Assembly: GCA_030141605.1 (NCBI GenBank) | Contig: JAQGDQ010000052.1 | Span: forward strand, 186,001 to 250,000 | DNA length: 64,000 nt | Direction of reading: 5' to 3' | Source of the DNA: Tubiluchus corallicola | Taxonomy: Eukaryota > Animalia > Priapulida | Shown: positions 25,113 through 38,510 of the stretch, in pieces | Numbering within the stretch: position 1 is the first letter of the stretch | Layout of the letters: each line of letters starts with the position of its first letter | Notes under the pieces: generated by a model | What the model saw: the letters and a program-made list of their open reading frames with translations, nothing else | The model's database searches: none | Told to the model about the DNA's origin: nothing | Program-made: the position numbers and the translations under genes

Positions 25113-26014
25113 ACTTTATATACGTAAAGTTTAAACTAAACTAAACTAACTAATAAGTTACTGATATACGTGTGACACGTATTTCTGTGGGGCTTCACAG
25201 TCTTCACGCCGTATTTGGTAAATTTGCAGCATATTCTGGTGAAAATGCTGTGATTCCGCAACTAGCTAGTAGTTACAGCTGATTGTTGCTGTTTGGGGGA
25301 AGTAAATTCGTTGCGGTTACTTGGCACTGAAAAAGAAATTCGTTACAGATGTGAATAACATGTTTTTAACACCAATTGCAGATCTCATCGTTAAATAAAG
25401 TTCTGTTATTTTTATTGAAATGCTTATAGCTCCAAACGAAATTTTACCACGACTGCCGCTTTGTTTCCTTGTTTCGTTTTGATGGGTTGATCTTTTTTCT
25501 GTTATTGAATGATAAGCACTTAGAACTGCTGGACCTTTTGAACTGCGACTAATTGAAGTATTTTGCGGAAAACGTCTTATGTTGCTATAAATGTGCTGAA
25601 CATGATCATGCTCTTAAAACTTCTTAAAATGTCTTTATTTCCAAACCATGAAATTTCTCAGCAATTTTTAGAGTTTACGTAGTTGCAAAATTCACGTGTC
25701 TAGGTTTCTGGTAAGCGTAATTTTTGCGTCACTATTCACGAAGAAGCTGTAGGATTTAGAACCTGCCTCTATAGAAATAAAGAGGAAGAACAAAAAAGTT
25801 TGATGGCGATTTAGAGATAAGACAGGAAACGCGTAAGAAGAAAAAAACTGGAGAGCAAACAGGAAACCTGAGTACACGAAAATGTTACCATTTTGCTTGA
25901 GCTCTATGGTTTTCTTAACTAATGACATTTTGTACGAGCGTGATAGAGTGATGTTTTGTTGATCTGAAATTGCATTCAGTTGAATGACATCATTAATTTT
26001 GAAAAGCCAGGAGC

Positions 26015-26030
26015 GAGAGAGAGGGGAGAG

Positions 26031-26123
<93 letters not shown>
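26015..26123. repeat. (GA)n microsatellite
   Basis: Directly visible. Confidence 0.98.
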
Positions 26124-26126
<3 letters not shown>

Positions 26127-27841
26127 AGCAAGAAAGGAGGGTCTACTAAATCATGCGTTTGTATCGAAAACATGATATCGCGTACAAACTTGATAAATAT
26201 TTAACACAGTTCTATTGTAAGCACTGGGTAAGCATTTCACATTCTTGTACATTTGTGACAAATTTAAAGCTTTCTAACAGTACACCGAGTCGCTATTTGT
26301 AATATATATAATTGCGTCACATGATGAAAGGGTAATGTATTCTTTAATTGTGTTATGCACCGCAGACAAAAATTAACTGCTTAGGTTTAACGCATTTAAT
26401 TAAATATTTGTGGATGTGATTACATGAATCTTGTGACTTAGTTAATTTTTTCTAGTGTGTAGAAATTGTGGAAATTAACTTGTCGCATTTTAGAATTAGA
26501 TCTAGGCTCAGTAGGTTAGATATATTAGATACAGTATTATTGTGTTATTTCTAAAGTTATATTGCGGACTGTGCATTCTCTTTTCAAAATTTCTGTGCTT
26601 GGCAACTTTAACCAGTCTTATTGGATCTGCTGTTAATAGCACCATTTTGATCCACATAATAACTGCAAGAATATTTCGATTTTTCGTTCTACACAAAACA
26701 AAATAATCTCGCTTCTCTTCCTTTCTGCGTTATTATTTATTCAGGAATTTTCTGAGATGCAGCCATGCTAATGGGATAATAACGTTGATTCGATAAAATA
26801 AAATTATAATTTTATGTGAAAACGGAATAAAATACATTCAGATTTGTGCTAGCTATTTGTGAAAACTAATAGAGTTAATAATATAACTCTAATCTTATAG
26901 AGTTTTTCTGTGGCTATGAACAGTTTTGGAGGTTTTAGTGTGGTTGCATTTTATCTCTATAGATTTTGTATAAGTCTTTTCTTCTCTTTTTTGGAAAATG
27001 TCAGGCTTGCAAATTCTGCACTTTAAAAACATACTTTAATTGCCTTGCCGAGATGTCGTCTTTTTTGAAGTGATATTTTTGCATGATTATAAATTGTTGT
27101 GTGCAATAGTTTTGCAAGTATTTCTGACTTTGCTACTTAGGTGACTTAGCCTACTCGAATACTTCCATACAGGCATTGTTCTTAGCTCTATTTTACTCAG
27201 CAGTAAACTGTTTATGGTGTTAATTATTAAGGCAAAGAAAAGTTAATTGCTTTTGCTGATGAAGAGCTGCTGTGAAATGGAGTTGACTGTGTTATTTTTA
27301 GAGTATTGGGTTGTGCGCCCTTACTTCCTGAACCTAGTCCATAAAGTGTTGAAATATTCCGTGGTTTGCTAAAACTGACATGCCATTTAGTATGTTAAGT
27401 CAGAGTAATGTGTTCTTGTTCAAGTCAAATCAGCGTTTGCCATGTTCGGAGCACTCTCAGAAATTCAGAAATTGATGTTAGTGTCACAACAGTTGTTTAT
27501 TTAGGCCATCTTGACTATTTTTTGCAGTGGGATCATTTATAATTGTTGTTTTTGTTACTTACGTAGTCTTGTGAGCAGGAAGTTCATGGATGAGCGGCGC
27601 ATTTATGTCCTGGCTGAGTTAGCTTGCCTAGCTGCTAGTGTCAGAGCTCTTGAACAACAATAGAGTTGTTTACCAGAAGTAGAGCGAGGCGTTGCTTTCA
27701 ACGTGAGAGTTCATCATTTATTGATGATGTTCATGGTGCAAATGGAAGCCCAGTGTAGTGTCAACTGTCATACAGGACGAGGGATAAATATTAATACACT
27801 TGTAGAGTGTGCTCTTCGATCTATTACTTGTCATTAATCGC

Positions 27842-29064
27842 ATGCAAGGAACTAGAGCACAGAGAGCAGGGCATTGTTGATGTACAATGTCCATGTACTT
27901 TGCATTATACAATAAGCGCTTCTTTGTGCGAAATGAACCTTGCTCTCTTCATTAACAGAAATCAAAACGATTAACGTCGTTGGTTAATTTTTCTCGGTTT
28001 ATAATTTGTATCTTACAAACTTCAGGTGATTGCATTCAGAATTATAACATATTAGGTACGAGATATTTTTGTCTTATACATGGTTTGTTCGAATTTTGTT
28101 TGGGAATTATGTTGCTATCATGTTTGAAATTATCGGTGTGTGGTAAAAATGGCATAGGTAAAAGTGGCGCAAGTAAAACTGTCACGGTGAAAATGGAGCA
28201 GGAAAAAATGGCACAAATGGAAAAGTAGAAAAATAGCACATGTATTGCTTTGATACAGATAATTTCAACAATAAGAAAATAATTAAATACCTATGATGCA
28301 AAATGTAATATACTGCAGACGTGGCTTAATAGGTTCACTTTCGGATGAAGTGTTTTAATTGTCCGTTAAATCTTTTGTGCAAAGTGGGAAGGGCAACCTT
28401 AAAATGAAATCGCTATTCAAAGGATTAATCATGTAGCTTCCGTACATTCATGAGCAATCCGAATAATTGTAGCGGGAACAGTAAGTAATTAACGTATTCA
28501 AAGCAAAATCTGTACGTTAGCATGTTGCTGATTGCAAAAAAGATACTGTTTACTAATTAGCTAATTACAGTGTTCATCCTAAAAGTGGTCTTCAAAGTAC
28601 TCAAAGAGAACTTTAATTAAATTTACCAATAGCAATAACAATACAAGCGATACATACATCAAAAGACTGGATATACATATTTATTTATTCCCATTTTTCG
28701 GTGCCATTTTTTCCTTTGCCATTTTTACCGTGCCAATTTTACCTGTGCCGGTCTTACCACTCACCGATAGTTTCAGACATAATTCCCATCGAAATTCGAA
28801 CAAACCATGTATAAGACAAAAAGATCAGAACTTCCCCACGTAAAGTAATAAGTTGTAAATCAGAATGCATTCACCTGAAGTTTGTAAGCTAGTAATTATT
28901 AACCGAGAAAAATTGAGCAATGACGTAAGTGGTTTTGATTTTTGCCAATGAAGGTAGCAAGGTTTCTCTCACACAAAGAGGTGCTTAGGGTATAATGCAA
29001 AGTGATGGACATTGTACTGTGTACATCAACAATAGCCTGCTTTCTGTACTCTAGTTCCTTGCAT
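27842..29064. repeat. Long imperfect inverted repeat (arms ~27842-28240 and ~28685-29064)
   Basis: For example ATGCAAGGAACTAGAG / CTCTAGTTCCTTGCAT and TGTCTTATACATGGTTTGTTCGAATTT / AAATTCGAACAAACCATGTATAAGACA. Confidence 0.92.
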
Positions 29065-29348
29065 ATATATGATATATAAGTTATATATCTAGTATATAGA
29101 TAATAATATCTATAAGTTACATATTCTGGTACGTTTTGTAGTTGTCAGTTATTTACTCTTTAGCCATTTTTATCAGGCTTTATTGTTTTTTAATGACGTG
29201 AAAGTTTAACAAAAGTTTTTTAATGACGTGATTCAAATATAATACAAATTTAATGCAAATAAACTCGTTTTTACTAAGTGTGCAATTTTTTCCTATGCTG
29301 CTTTTTAGTGTGCCCTTTTTTCCTACAGTGCCATTTTTGCCTACATTC
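28135..29348 (+). mobile_element. Rearranged family A-type MITE (no HINE core) containing an inverted copy of its left end and flank
   Basis: GGTGTGTGGTAAAAATGGC start and GCCTACATTC end. Flanks GAAATTATC / GAACCTGTC (6/9); the inverted copy of the left flank reads GAAACTATC (7/9). Confidence 0.65.
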
Positions 29349-32004
29349 GAACCTGTCATATGTAATTATCTCATTATTTTGAGCGAATTTGTATTTTTTA
29401 TCATTTGCAAACATGACTCCAAGAATTTTGAGGAACTGCCGAGTTTAATCAGAAGCGATTAACTTGGTTAGTCAATCATAATATGGAGTAACAATTAGAA
29501 CCAAGACAGTATGTATTATCGTGATTGCATAAATAATGATGCCTGTAGTGTGCAGGTTATCTGATCAATGTCGTTTTGTTCATTTGTATGCGTACCTATC
29601 TACTGTACATTCGCTTTTGTTTCCTATTGATTTTCGCTCAAACAAAATATATTATAATATTTCTTAATAAACGACATTCCTATTTTTCAATTACTTGGCC
29701 GTCTTTCACAAACTCTTTTGTTGGCGTTTTTCTCAGGATTGTCTTTCTTCGGTGATAAAATCCTGTAAGACCTTCATGCAGCCGTAATAATGGGTTGAGA
29801 AAGAAGAGAAGAGCTTGTGATCACTTCAGTACTGTGCTGATTCACCGCCAATGTCACGTTCTTCTCATCAAAATAATGTAACCTTGCGGGATGTTGTTGA
29901 TTTAAGCCATTTGCACTTCATTTCATGAAGGAATTTATAGGAGGTCAGTATGCGTGAAACAAACCGCACTACCTAGACTGTTCTCACATTATTGACTATA
30001 TGTGATGTAGGGAGGGAATGATGCAGGGTGTATTTCTTTGCTTTTGAGTAGACCACGTAAGTAGAATTTTAGTAAGCCAGCTTTGGCATGAACTGTCTGT
30101 GTGAGTATTAATTTCTCAGTTGACATGAATTTTCATTCAGAGTAGGTTACTCGGCTTTACTCAAGTCAAGTTAACCGATGGCTTATTTTAAGATTTGAGT
30201 GCTTCTTAACGCAATCCAGCAGCCGTAGTACATATGATTGATTTCCTTAATTAATCAGTTTGTCGTTTTTACAACTCGGCGAGCTTGTATTTTATCTGAG
30301 GACAAATGCTTTTATCGACATTCGCATAAATTTCTCATTCAAATCGTTGAACCGGTATTACTCATCATTTGCTAAAGAAACAAAATGGAAAATTCCAACA
30401 GCTCCACTGTTTCGATTTTACTTTCTGTTTTTTTCAGCTACAATAGAAAATTTTTGTAACGTTTCCTCGAGCATCCTTTAATGTTTCACACTTATATTTT
30501 TGTGGGATATAAATCTGACTCCACATATGATATAAAAAGCATGTGATATTTCACGCGTGTCACCTTTTTTCCATACGAACATTCTTGTGCGCTGATAATA
30601 AATTTGCAGCTAGTGTTGTAGGCTTCTAATAATCTTACTTATCAAACTGTGCGTGAAAATTAGGTAGTGCTGCTTACCAGCGTTTCCTTATGCCAGTTCA
30701 AGGCAACGCTAAGTTTCATCATAGGTTGCCAAATGCATGTTAATTACTCAGCTGATTTATACTAGTGTCTTTATTGAACTTCAGATAATGAACGTGTTGT
30801 ATGAAAATCAAATATAGGTTGCAGCAGAATTCTTAGGTACAAATACGTTGCAGTGGTTCAGGATAAAGGATTGCAAAATAAAATAAGAATTAAATAAAAA
30901 TCAAGCACGGAACGATTGCATAGCTCCGTCCACATGCTTTTTACTGTATACAATACACACCGAATCTCTGTAACCTCTAATTACTTCTATATGATGACTG
31001 TTTTGTTACTGTTTTTGGATATGTTTTATGCAATTGTTATGCGTTTAAATTTTTTATTATTACTGAAATTTCTCATAGGCAAATCTGTTACAAATAAGAA
31101 TTCTTTTATGTGGATCAAAAATTATAATTTCAAACTTTAAAAACACTTCCAAATACCCTCAAAGGGCAGGAAGTTTGGCAGGCACGGGGCGCAAACCGCT
31201 TTCCCAACTTCTGCCATTTTTGAGATAATTTATTCGCGCTATTACACAATATATGTGCAAATATTTCAGTTTCTTTGGATACAAAGACGGTCATCTTTTG
31301 ATTACAGTATTATACGAAGAGGTTGAGCAAACAGCGAAAATCAGCTGTGGTGAGCTGTGAATGGAAAAATAGATAGTGTGATACAGTGGTAGATAGCAAC
31401 CTTCCCTTGTGGGTTAATCAAATATAAAAGGACTTGTACTTGAATTAATAACATACAAAATAATTCTGTTCATTTTAAAGGGGACGTTATCTGTAACGCA
31501 CGGCTGAACAGAAGCTAATGAACATGAGCATACCATTTGGTTAAATATTCTGAAAGGCGAAAATCAGTCATGCAAATCGGGAAAAAGTCGGAAATTACGA
31601 AATCATTTCCTCTGCAGTGTGGTGGGAATTTGTTATAAAATGTTACAAGCGGGAGACTATGCAATTTCTCGTTGTGACTTGTAAGTGTCAGGCTGGTTTC
31701 ATTGTCAACGAATGTTCTCTTCTATGTATAACTGATTTGCTAGCGTTCATGCTATAGTTGGTCGGCCAATTCCAGGTCGTCTTCAAGTATGTCCATTATT
31801 TCGTATCTTTTTCGTTATCCTGTTCTGTGAATAGTCTTTCCACTTTTTGCGGTGAGAACTCTGAAAATTTACATGTCTCCCCATTTTTTTCTTGATAACA
31901 AGTTTTTATGAGTGCTTTATCTTCTGCGTTGAACACCATAATATAAACTGGTCGATTGTTGATTTCTTCATTATTTTACAGCCGTAGTGGTGAGTGTTTT
32001 ATAC

Positions 32005-33339
32005 GGTGATCCGTAGTGAAGTCGCAGAAAAAGCCACAATTTTGGCCATGAAAAGGGTCACAATAAAAAAGTCACAATTAATTGATAGTCGCCGGAAAAG
32101 TCACAATTTTGGCTAGAAAAGAAAACAAAAATATTCAACTCAGTCACAGTTTATTGAAGTATCGTAAACAATTAAAAGTAATGAAACAGAAAATATTTTA
32201 AATCATTTATTAATTGGCAATACATGACTTGTCTATATTGACGACAATATTCATATATGATGGCATTACATGTATGTGAAAAGAAATCGCGTTTTGTTCA
32301 ATATCTCATGATTAGGTATTAGGTTGAGGGTTAGTGTTAGGGGGTGCGCAATTAGAATGGCACACGTAAAAATAACGGTAAAATTAGCACAAATGGAAAA
32401 GTAGGTAAAATGGCACAGGAAAAAAGGGCACATATGTTTTATTGATGCATTTGAATTTCTATAATAAAACTAGAATGGGCTCAGTAGGCAGTAGATCTGG
32501 CAAAGCTGAACATTCCTAAACTTATTTGTCTGATCAGATTCTTTTGATTAAAAAAATTAACACAAAGATAAAAAACAAGCAAACATGCAAAAGTGTGCCT
32601 GTAGTGGTATTATACATGTACTAGCAAAAGTAGATTTATAATCAGTAATACACAAATGTTCCATATAGTGTTTATCTACCTTTTTTAACCATTAATGCGT
32701 GTTTTCATACCAAGTCACCTTATAAGGCTATACACATGAATAAGCAAATGTCATAGACAGTATTACACAGGTTTACAAGCGAGAATTTTTCGAAATGGGA
32801 CCTGAACTAACTCGTAGTACGTTGTTTGCCTAGGTGGAGATAACAAAAAACAAGTACTAAACATTTCTCTGAGACCTCCACGAAGTGTTTCGCGAATGTT
32901 TTTTGTACGTGATGTTCGTACGTCAAGTTTTCCAGAAAAAACCGGCAAAAAATTCCCAATATGGCACTTCCACAAAGTTTCATGGAAATCTATTAGGTAG
33001 TTGTTGCATAATAGGCTTTCTGCCATAACAGGGAAAAACAAACTAACAAACTGTTTTGAAGCGTAACTTCCTTGGCTGAGGTAAAAATCCGTAAAATAAA
33101 TATCCCCCACGGTAATCCTAACGTTAAACTCATACTTTATAAGTGTGCCATTTTTTCCAGTACCATTTTTACCTGTGCCATTTTACTACTTTTCGATTTG
33201 TGCCATTTCTTCCTGTGCCATTTTTACCATGGCATTTTTCCTGTGCTATTTTTAGCTACATTCGTGTTAGGGTTATTTCTTTTTTCCTATGACTTCTTTC
33301 CTTTGGCTTTTTTTTCCTGCGACTCTATTACCTGGATTT
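32005..33339 (+). mobile_element. Foldback MITE family D (AAAAAGTCACA arrays), host of family A copy 4
   Basis: GGTGATCCG...CCTGGATTT termini; TSD GTTTTATAC (31996-32004) / GTTCTATAC (33340-33348). Confidence 0.8.
32343..33263 (+). mobile_element. Foldback MITE family A, copy 4, nested in family D
   Basis: GGTGCGC...GCTACATTC termini; perfect 9-bp TSD GTGTTAGGG at 32334-32342 and 33264-33272. Confidence 0.9.
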
Positions 33340-34728
33340 GTTCTATACATTAATGTGGCTGTTTCTTAATTAATGATTTGCTGACAATGCTTGATATTTT
33401 TTACACATTTATAGTTTTATGTAAAAGTTTTTCTGTCATAGCATAAAAACTGCTGCAACTATGGACTTATAGCTTTCACAGCCAAAAGTTAGTGTAGCGT
33501 AATATGAGGCTGTGAAATATTAACGTCGTAGGGCACTTATTTCTAACACTATCGCAATCTAAACTTCGGCACATTTTTTCGGCGCCACCCGATATACAGC
33601 AGCCTAATCTCGTTCCATTTACGTCAGTGCATGTAAATTTAGAATAATTGTAACGGAGTTTACTGAGGCAAGATTGTGTGAGAAAAGGTCTACGAAGAAG
33701 TCATTCAGGGCAAACGAAGAAATCAGAAGAATATGGAGGAACCCTAAAGGAAAAAGTAAATACATACCACGAAAAACATTTAATTTTGATTAATATTGCG
33801 CAGTAGCATGTGGGCATTTTATGAAGAAGTCATGGCACCTATTTTGATGTCTAAAATGCAAGCTCCGGGAAAACAAAACCATAGCTGGCAACCTAAAATA
33901 TTGTTTGACTCAAAATGGTTATCAATCAATAATAAGAAATAATATCGTTCCTGTTAAATATCACTGAATTGCTGAATTTTAATGATATGTGCATCAAATT
34001 ACATGTTTTGATGATGCGAAATCCGATTCTGACCTTGAAAATGCATTGTCTTTTTCAAATGCAATTGGAGTGACTTGTATCAATTTACTTGTATATGCCT
34101 CTAATACCAAACAAATAATCACAATCTGCATGTCTGGTAACACAATTTAAAAAGTCCATATTATTTACTAAGGCATATAATATTTTAATATTTGCTAATT
34201 ATAGTGTAAAGTGTTAGTGTGATAAATTGCTTGCCGTGGTTTCTGTTCTAGCAACGACTCTGTTAATACCAGGTCATTGGTAAAGGTTAGATTGGAAAAT
34301 GGTTGGGCAAACCTTGGTTTTTACCATGACGTGAACTGACTAGCAGATCTCTTAAAGGCTCTGGGGGAGTTGAACTTATTTTAATATTTGAGAAAAATAT
34401 TAGAAGGTTAGAAAGTTTCAACAATAAACTGTAACATAGCCTTATGTAATTAGTAAAAGCAATTTAAAGTCGCGATCACTTCGCGTTTTCACGCTTATGG
34501 GCATTCATTTTGAACGAAAACTGGCGTCTTCTGGCTACCGTGCGGTATAAACACTTATCCCACCAGCTGCCTTTCTGGAGCTTGAGCAAGTTTTTTGATA
34601 GTTTCAATTACTGTTATCAACTACAAACAACCAAAAACTTTAAACGAGAGATTATCAAACCCATTTTTTGTGTTAGTTTATGACTAATCTTTACATAAAC
34701 ACAGTTAAACACAAAAATTTAATCCACT

Positions 34729-34817
34729 GGTAACAAAGGTTTTAGACACAAAATTTTTGGATGCATAGGTTATTTGGACACATGGGTCATTTGGGCACGC
34801 ACGCACGCACGCACGCA

Positions 34818-34862
<45 letters not shown>

Positions 34863-36126
34863 GAGATTTCGACACAAGGAAATTTTGACATATAGGATAT
34901 GTGGACACAAGGTAATTGGACATATCGGATGTTTGGACACAAGGTAATTTTGACACATAAGACATTTTGGACACTATAAGTGTTTCACACAGGATATTTA
35001 GAAACGTAAATAACATGGATACGTGAACTGTTTAGACACGAAAAGTATCATTTAGATTCAATCAGGAGATCGTGCCATTTACCAGCAATGGTTATTTAAT
35101 TATACCCTGTTCTTGGAGATGGGTGCGTTTAAGCAGCTTTTTTGCAATATTCAAGGAGTTTCTAATGTCTAATAAACCTCATATCAAACAAAGAATATGT
35201 TATCTACTTTCAAAGATTCTTTTTCTCGCTACCTCGAATCCAATTCCTTCAGCAGAAACTACAGCGTACAGGTGCGTAAATATCATAGCATTTTGTTATC
35301 CGGATGCGGTAACGGTAGTTGTGGCGACTGACTATTGACACTGAACGCCGACTGCGTAGAGATTTCGTGCTGTAACTTTTCACGCCGAACTGAAATCCGA
35401 AATCCAATGTGCACTTAAGTGTGATAATGATGCAATATAAATTAAGGTAAATGTTTACGAGTTAATTAAGACTAAATGGTAAACGTCGGCAAGAAAGAAA
35501 TTTCCTGAGTAATTTTTCTGTACAAGTTAGCAAAATGGGCAAAAACTTTCTAGTTCGTATAGTAAATTTGTCATGTGATAAACATTTTTCCCGTACTGAG
35601 CCGTAGTTGCCGAAGATATTCAAGATAATGAATAAATTTCTTCTTTTCTTTTAGTTGTTTTTGCAGTTTTTCAGTATACCAGTATAACAATTCATGTCAG
35701 CACCCGAACGAATTATAACTCATTGGAGTTCAGGTAACAGCAATCAGCAACATTGTGTTATAATTTATTATATATTGAACGGTGGCGTTTACTATATAGG
35801 TAATGAATGAGAATTACAAAGCGTGTTAAATTCAGAAATAGTCTAAATTACCCCTCTTCCAAATAGCATATGTATCCAAAATACTTTTGAGCTATGTGTT
35901 CAGATCTTGTATGTCCAAATGACGTATGTATCCAAGTCACCTTGTGTTCTTATATGTGTCAAAATGTTTTGTGTCCAAATTACCTATGTGACGAAATAGC
36001 CTTGTGTCCAAATTACCCATGTGTCCAAATATACTATGTGTCCAAATCACGTTGTGTCCAAATGCATGCCCTATGTGTCCATATGTCTTGTGGCGAAACG
36101 TTCTGTGTCGAAATGTCTGTATACTC
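34729..36126 (+). mobile_element. Foldback MITE family C, full copy, with a (CA)n/(CACG)n expansion in the left array
   Basis: GGTAACA start; TTTGGACACA arrays at 34740-35040 and inverted TGTGTCCAAA arrays at 35855-36115; ends CTGTATACTC. TSD degenerate. Confidence 0.78.
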
Positions 36127-36814
36127 GTACACCAATCAGCTACAACTGCGGAACTTGCAAGTGGCCGCAGGGGGTTCAAATTCCTTTTTCATTTTTAAAA
36201 GCCTTTTATGCACGTATATTGTGTGGTAATTTAAATATTTCTAAGTGTATATTAAAATACAACGAATTTGTTCGAGGTTTGGTTTTTCCATTAACACCCA
36301 GCAGCCAAAATTTCATTTGGCATAGTTTAGAATGTGCAACTGGCAGGTTTTATTCATATATTGAGAAATATCATTATTTGTTGGCGGCAATTTTCAAATT
36401 TGGCCGCCAATTTGAATCTCACTGTATTTAAGATTGCCACCTTGGTTTTTTTCAAGCTGAGGATATTCCTAATACATCTAAATAAGTGACATGCCTTCTT
36501 CAAAAAATGCTAACGGGATTTCATATCAGCATATATACTTCTGTATTTTAAAGAACAATTATCTTAATATCTGATAGTGACAGTCCATTAATCAACTGGG
36601 GTATGATCGTGGGAGTCTCTCAAGTTTTCTTAAAACATTTCTTTAAACGTTTCGTTTGTGCGAATTTCCGGGAATAAGGTGTTGTAAGAGTTAAAAAACT
36701 GATTAAGTAAGGAGTAATATAACTATTATAATATTGAAAAACTTGCTTTTGTCTATTTGTGATAACTTTTAAGTCTAGCGACGGTATCGTTTCTTGTCAC
36801 CCGGTAGACGCACA

Positions 36815-37055
36815 GTCATGGTTTTTTTTCGAGAAATCTCCTCAGTGGAATAATGGATGGATACGTTATAACGAATATTTACGTTATGTACAGGGATCCC
36901 TGCCAGAGATAGATTTAAATGTGAGTGACCACGCTCGAAGCCATGTATGTTTGTTCCGGACAAATCTGCTTCAGTGCTTTATGGCTGAAACAGTGGACAA
37001 GTCGCGGTAGACTCAATATTATTGTTGGACTCAATATTAACTCCGAAACTTTGTT
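36815..37055 (+). mobile_element. Possible Tc1/mariner catalytic-domain remnant
   Basis: FFFE...NG...Y..YL.....LPE...NV....R then, after a frameshift, QWTSRG, resembling PYFF....NG..Y..FL...LP..L.NV...R / RWIGRG of DDxD transposases. Confidence 0.4.
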
Positions 37056-38375
37056 TTGCTTTCCACTAAATGACGAATCACATGTTGCAATTTGCTTTAA
37101 AGGACAACATTCATTGTATTTTAATATACAATTAAAAACATTGAAATTACTTGAATATTTGAAAAAAAAACGAAAGTTGGTGAAAGTGTGAACACCGTGA
37201 AGGTATAATCGTGATTATAAAGACGCGACTAAATTAGCAACTTAGCAACAACTTTTTAAAATAGCTTTAAATACACAGGATTATACCTTAAAATTGTGTA
37301 GAAATGTATTGTACATTGATTTTCAGATAATCACAATTTTATTGCTGAAGCTTTCTATAATTTTTCGCAAATATTAAAGCAAGCTAAACTTCTCGAGAGA
37401 TCCGATATGTCATAGGTGACAGGCCACTGTGTTTATTAAATTGTTGGCTTGTTACTCCTGTGAGTGTAAATGCGGGCTCAATGTACGTTAATATACTTTA
37501 GTAAAAATCATTGTGACTTGTTACCAATTTAAAAAAAGAAAATTGGCGATTTAGTTTCGTGTTGCTTTTGTTTCGGCGTTATTAAATTGTTTCCTGCAAG
37601 TGATTAACTATTATAGCAAAAAGAATTAATTTCTCATTGGCCATGACGTGGCTTTTCTTATAAACTTAAAACACGTTTTTTATGCTCAGTGCAATCTAAC
37701 ACGCCTTAAAGCAGTAAAATTCCTCGTTCCTTCTTACTTTCACGGAACGTACCACGCTTTCGAATTTTTGCTACTTTACTTTTTATTTAACGATGCGTTA
37801 AGATTTTTCCACATCCTCGTTGCTTCGTGTGCGTAGAGGTGTTTGCTCCCAACGCAATCATTACGTGAATTGTTAGAAGATGATTATTCCAAGTGCTGGC
37901 TAGCCTGGCATTTTGTACACACTCGTGAAGCCTAACATCTTGCTATTCACAGCCACGTTTTGTGTAAATGAACTAGCTATTAGCTAATTCTGTGAAGCGC
38001 AATCGTTGTGTGGTTAACCGTCTAACCTAGAATAGGAAAACGAGACGCTTATGTATTACTCAAAAATTGCTTCGTCCGCATGAGACGAACTTGAGAACTT
38101 TGCATTGTATTTTTTACTATTGCTCCACATTGCTTCTAATATTGTTGTGTCAGTGATCATCACTGATGTGTGATGTCATACTTTCATTTGACTAATTGCA
38201 TAGAATGCAAATTTCATACCATTGTGGGAAAACTGATTTCTGAAAATTCGGTCGAGAATCGAGATTTATCCGAATACACTAGAAAACCAAAGGGATAAAC
38301 TTCGTCTATTTATTCTTCGTGTTCTTCACTTATATACGTCTGCTTACTCTATATTCGTGTTTCCCTTTATTTTTA

Positions 38376-38510
38376 TTTCTCTCTTCTCTCTCTCTCTCTC
38401 TCTCTCTCTGTCTTTCGCACACACACACGCACATGTACGTACACCCGCACTCACGCACGCACGCACGCGCCCACACACACACACACACGCACACACACAC
38501 TTCTCTATCT
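38376..38510. repeat. Compound (CT)n/(CA)n/(CACG)n microsatellite
   Basis: Directly visible. Confidence 0.95.

Larger units (their letters stand above)
31760..33592 (-). mobile_element. Tc1/mariner-type transposon remnant (5' TIR plus degenerate transposase N-terminus), split by the family D/A insertion
   Basis: Minus strand from ATG at 31939 reads MVFNAEDKALIKTCYQEK...(frameshifts)...RITKKIRNNGHT*RRPGIGRP, i.e. HTH plus GRP motif. TIR-like TA-TCGGGTGGCGCCGAAAAAATGTGCC on the - strand at ~33568-33594. Confidence 0.6.
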
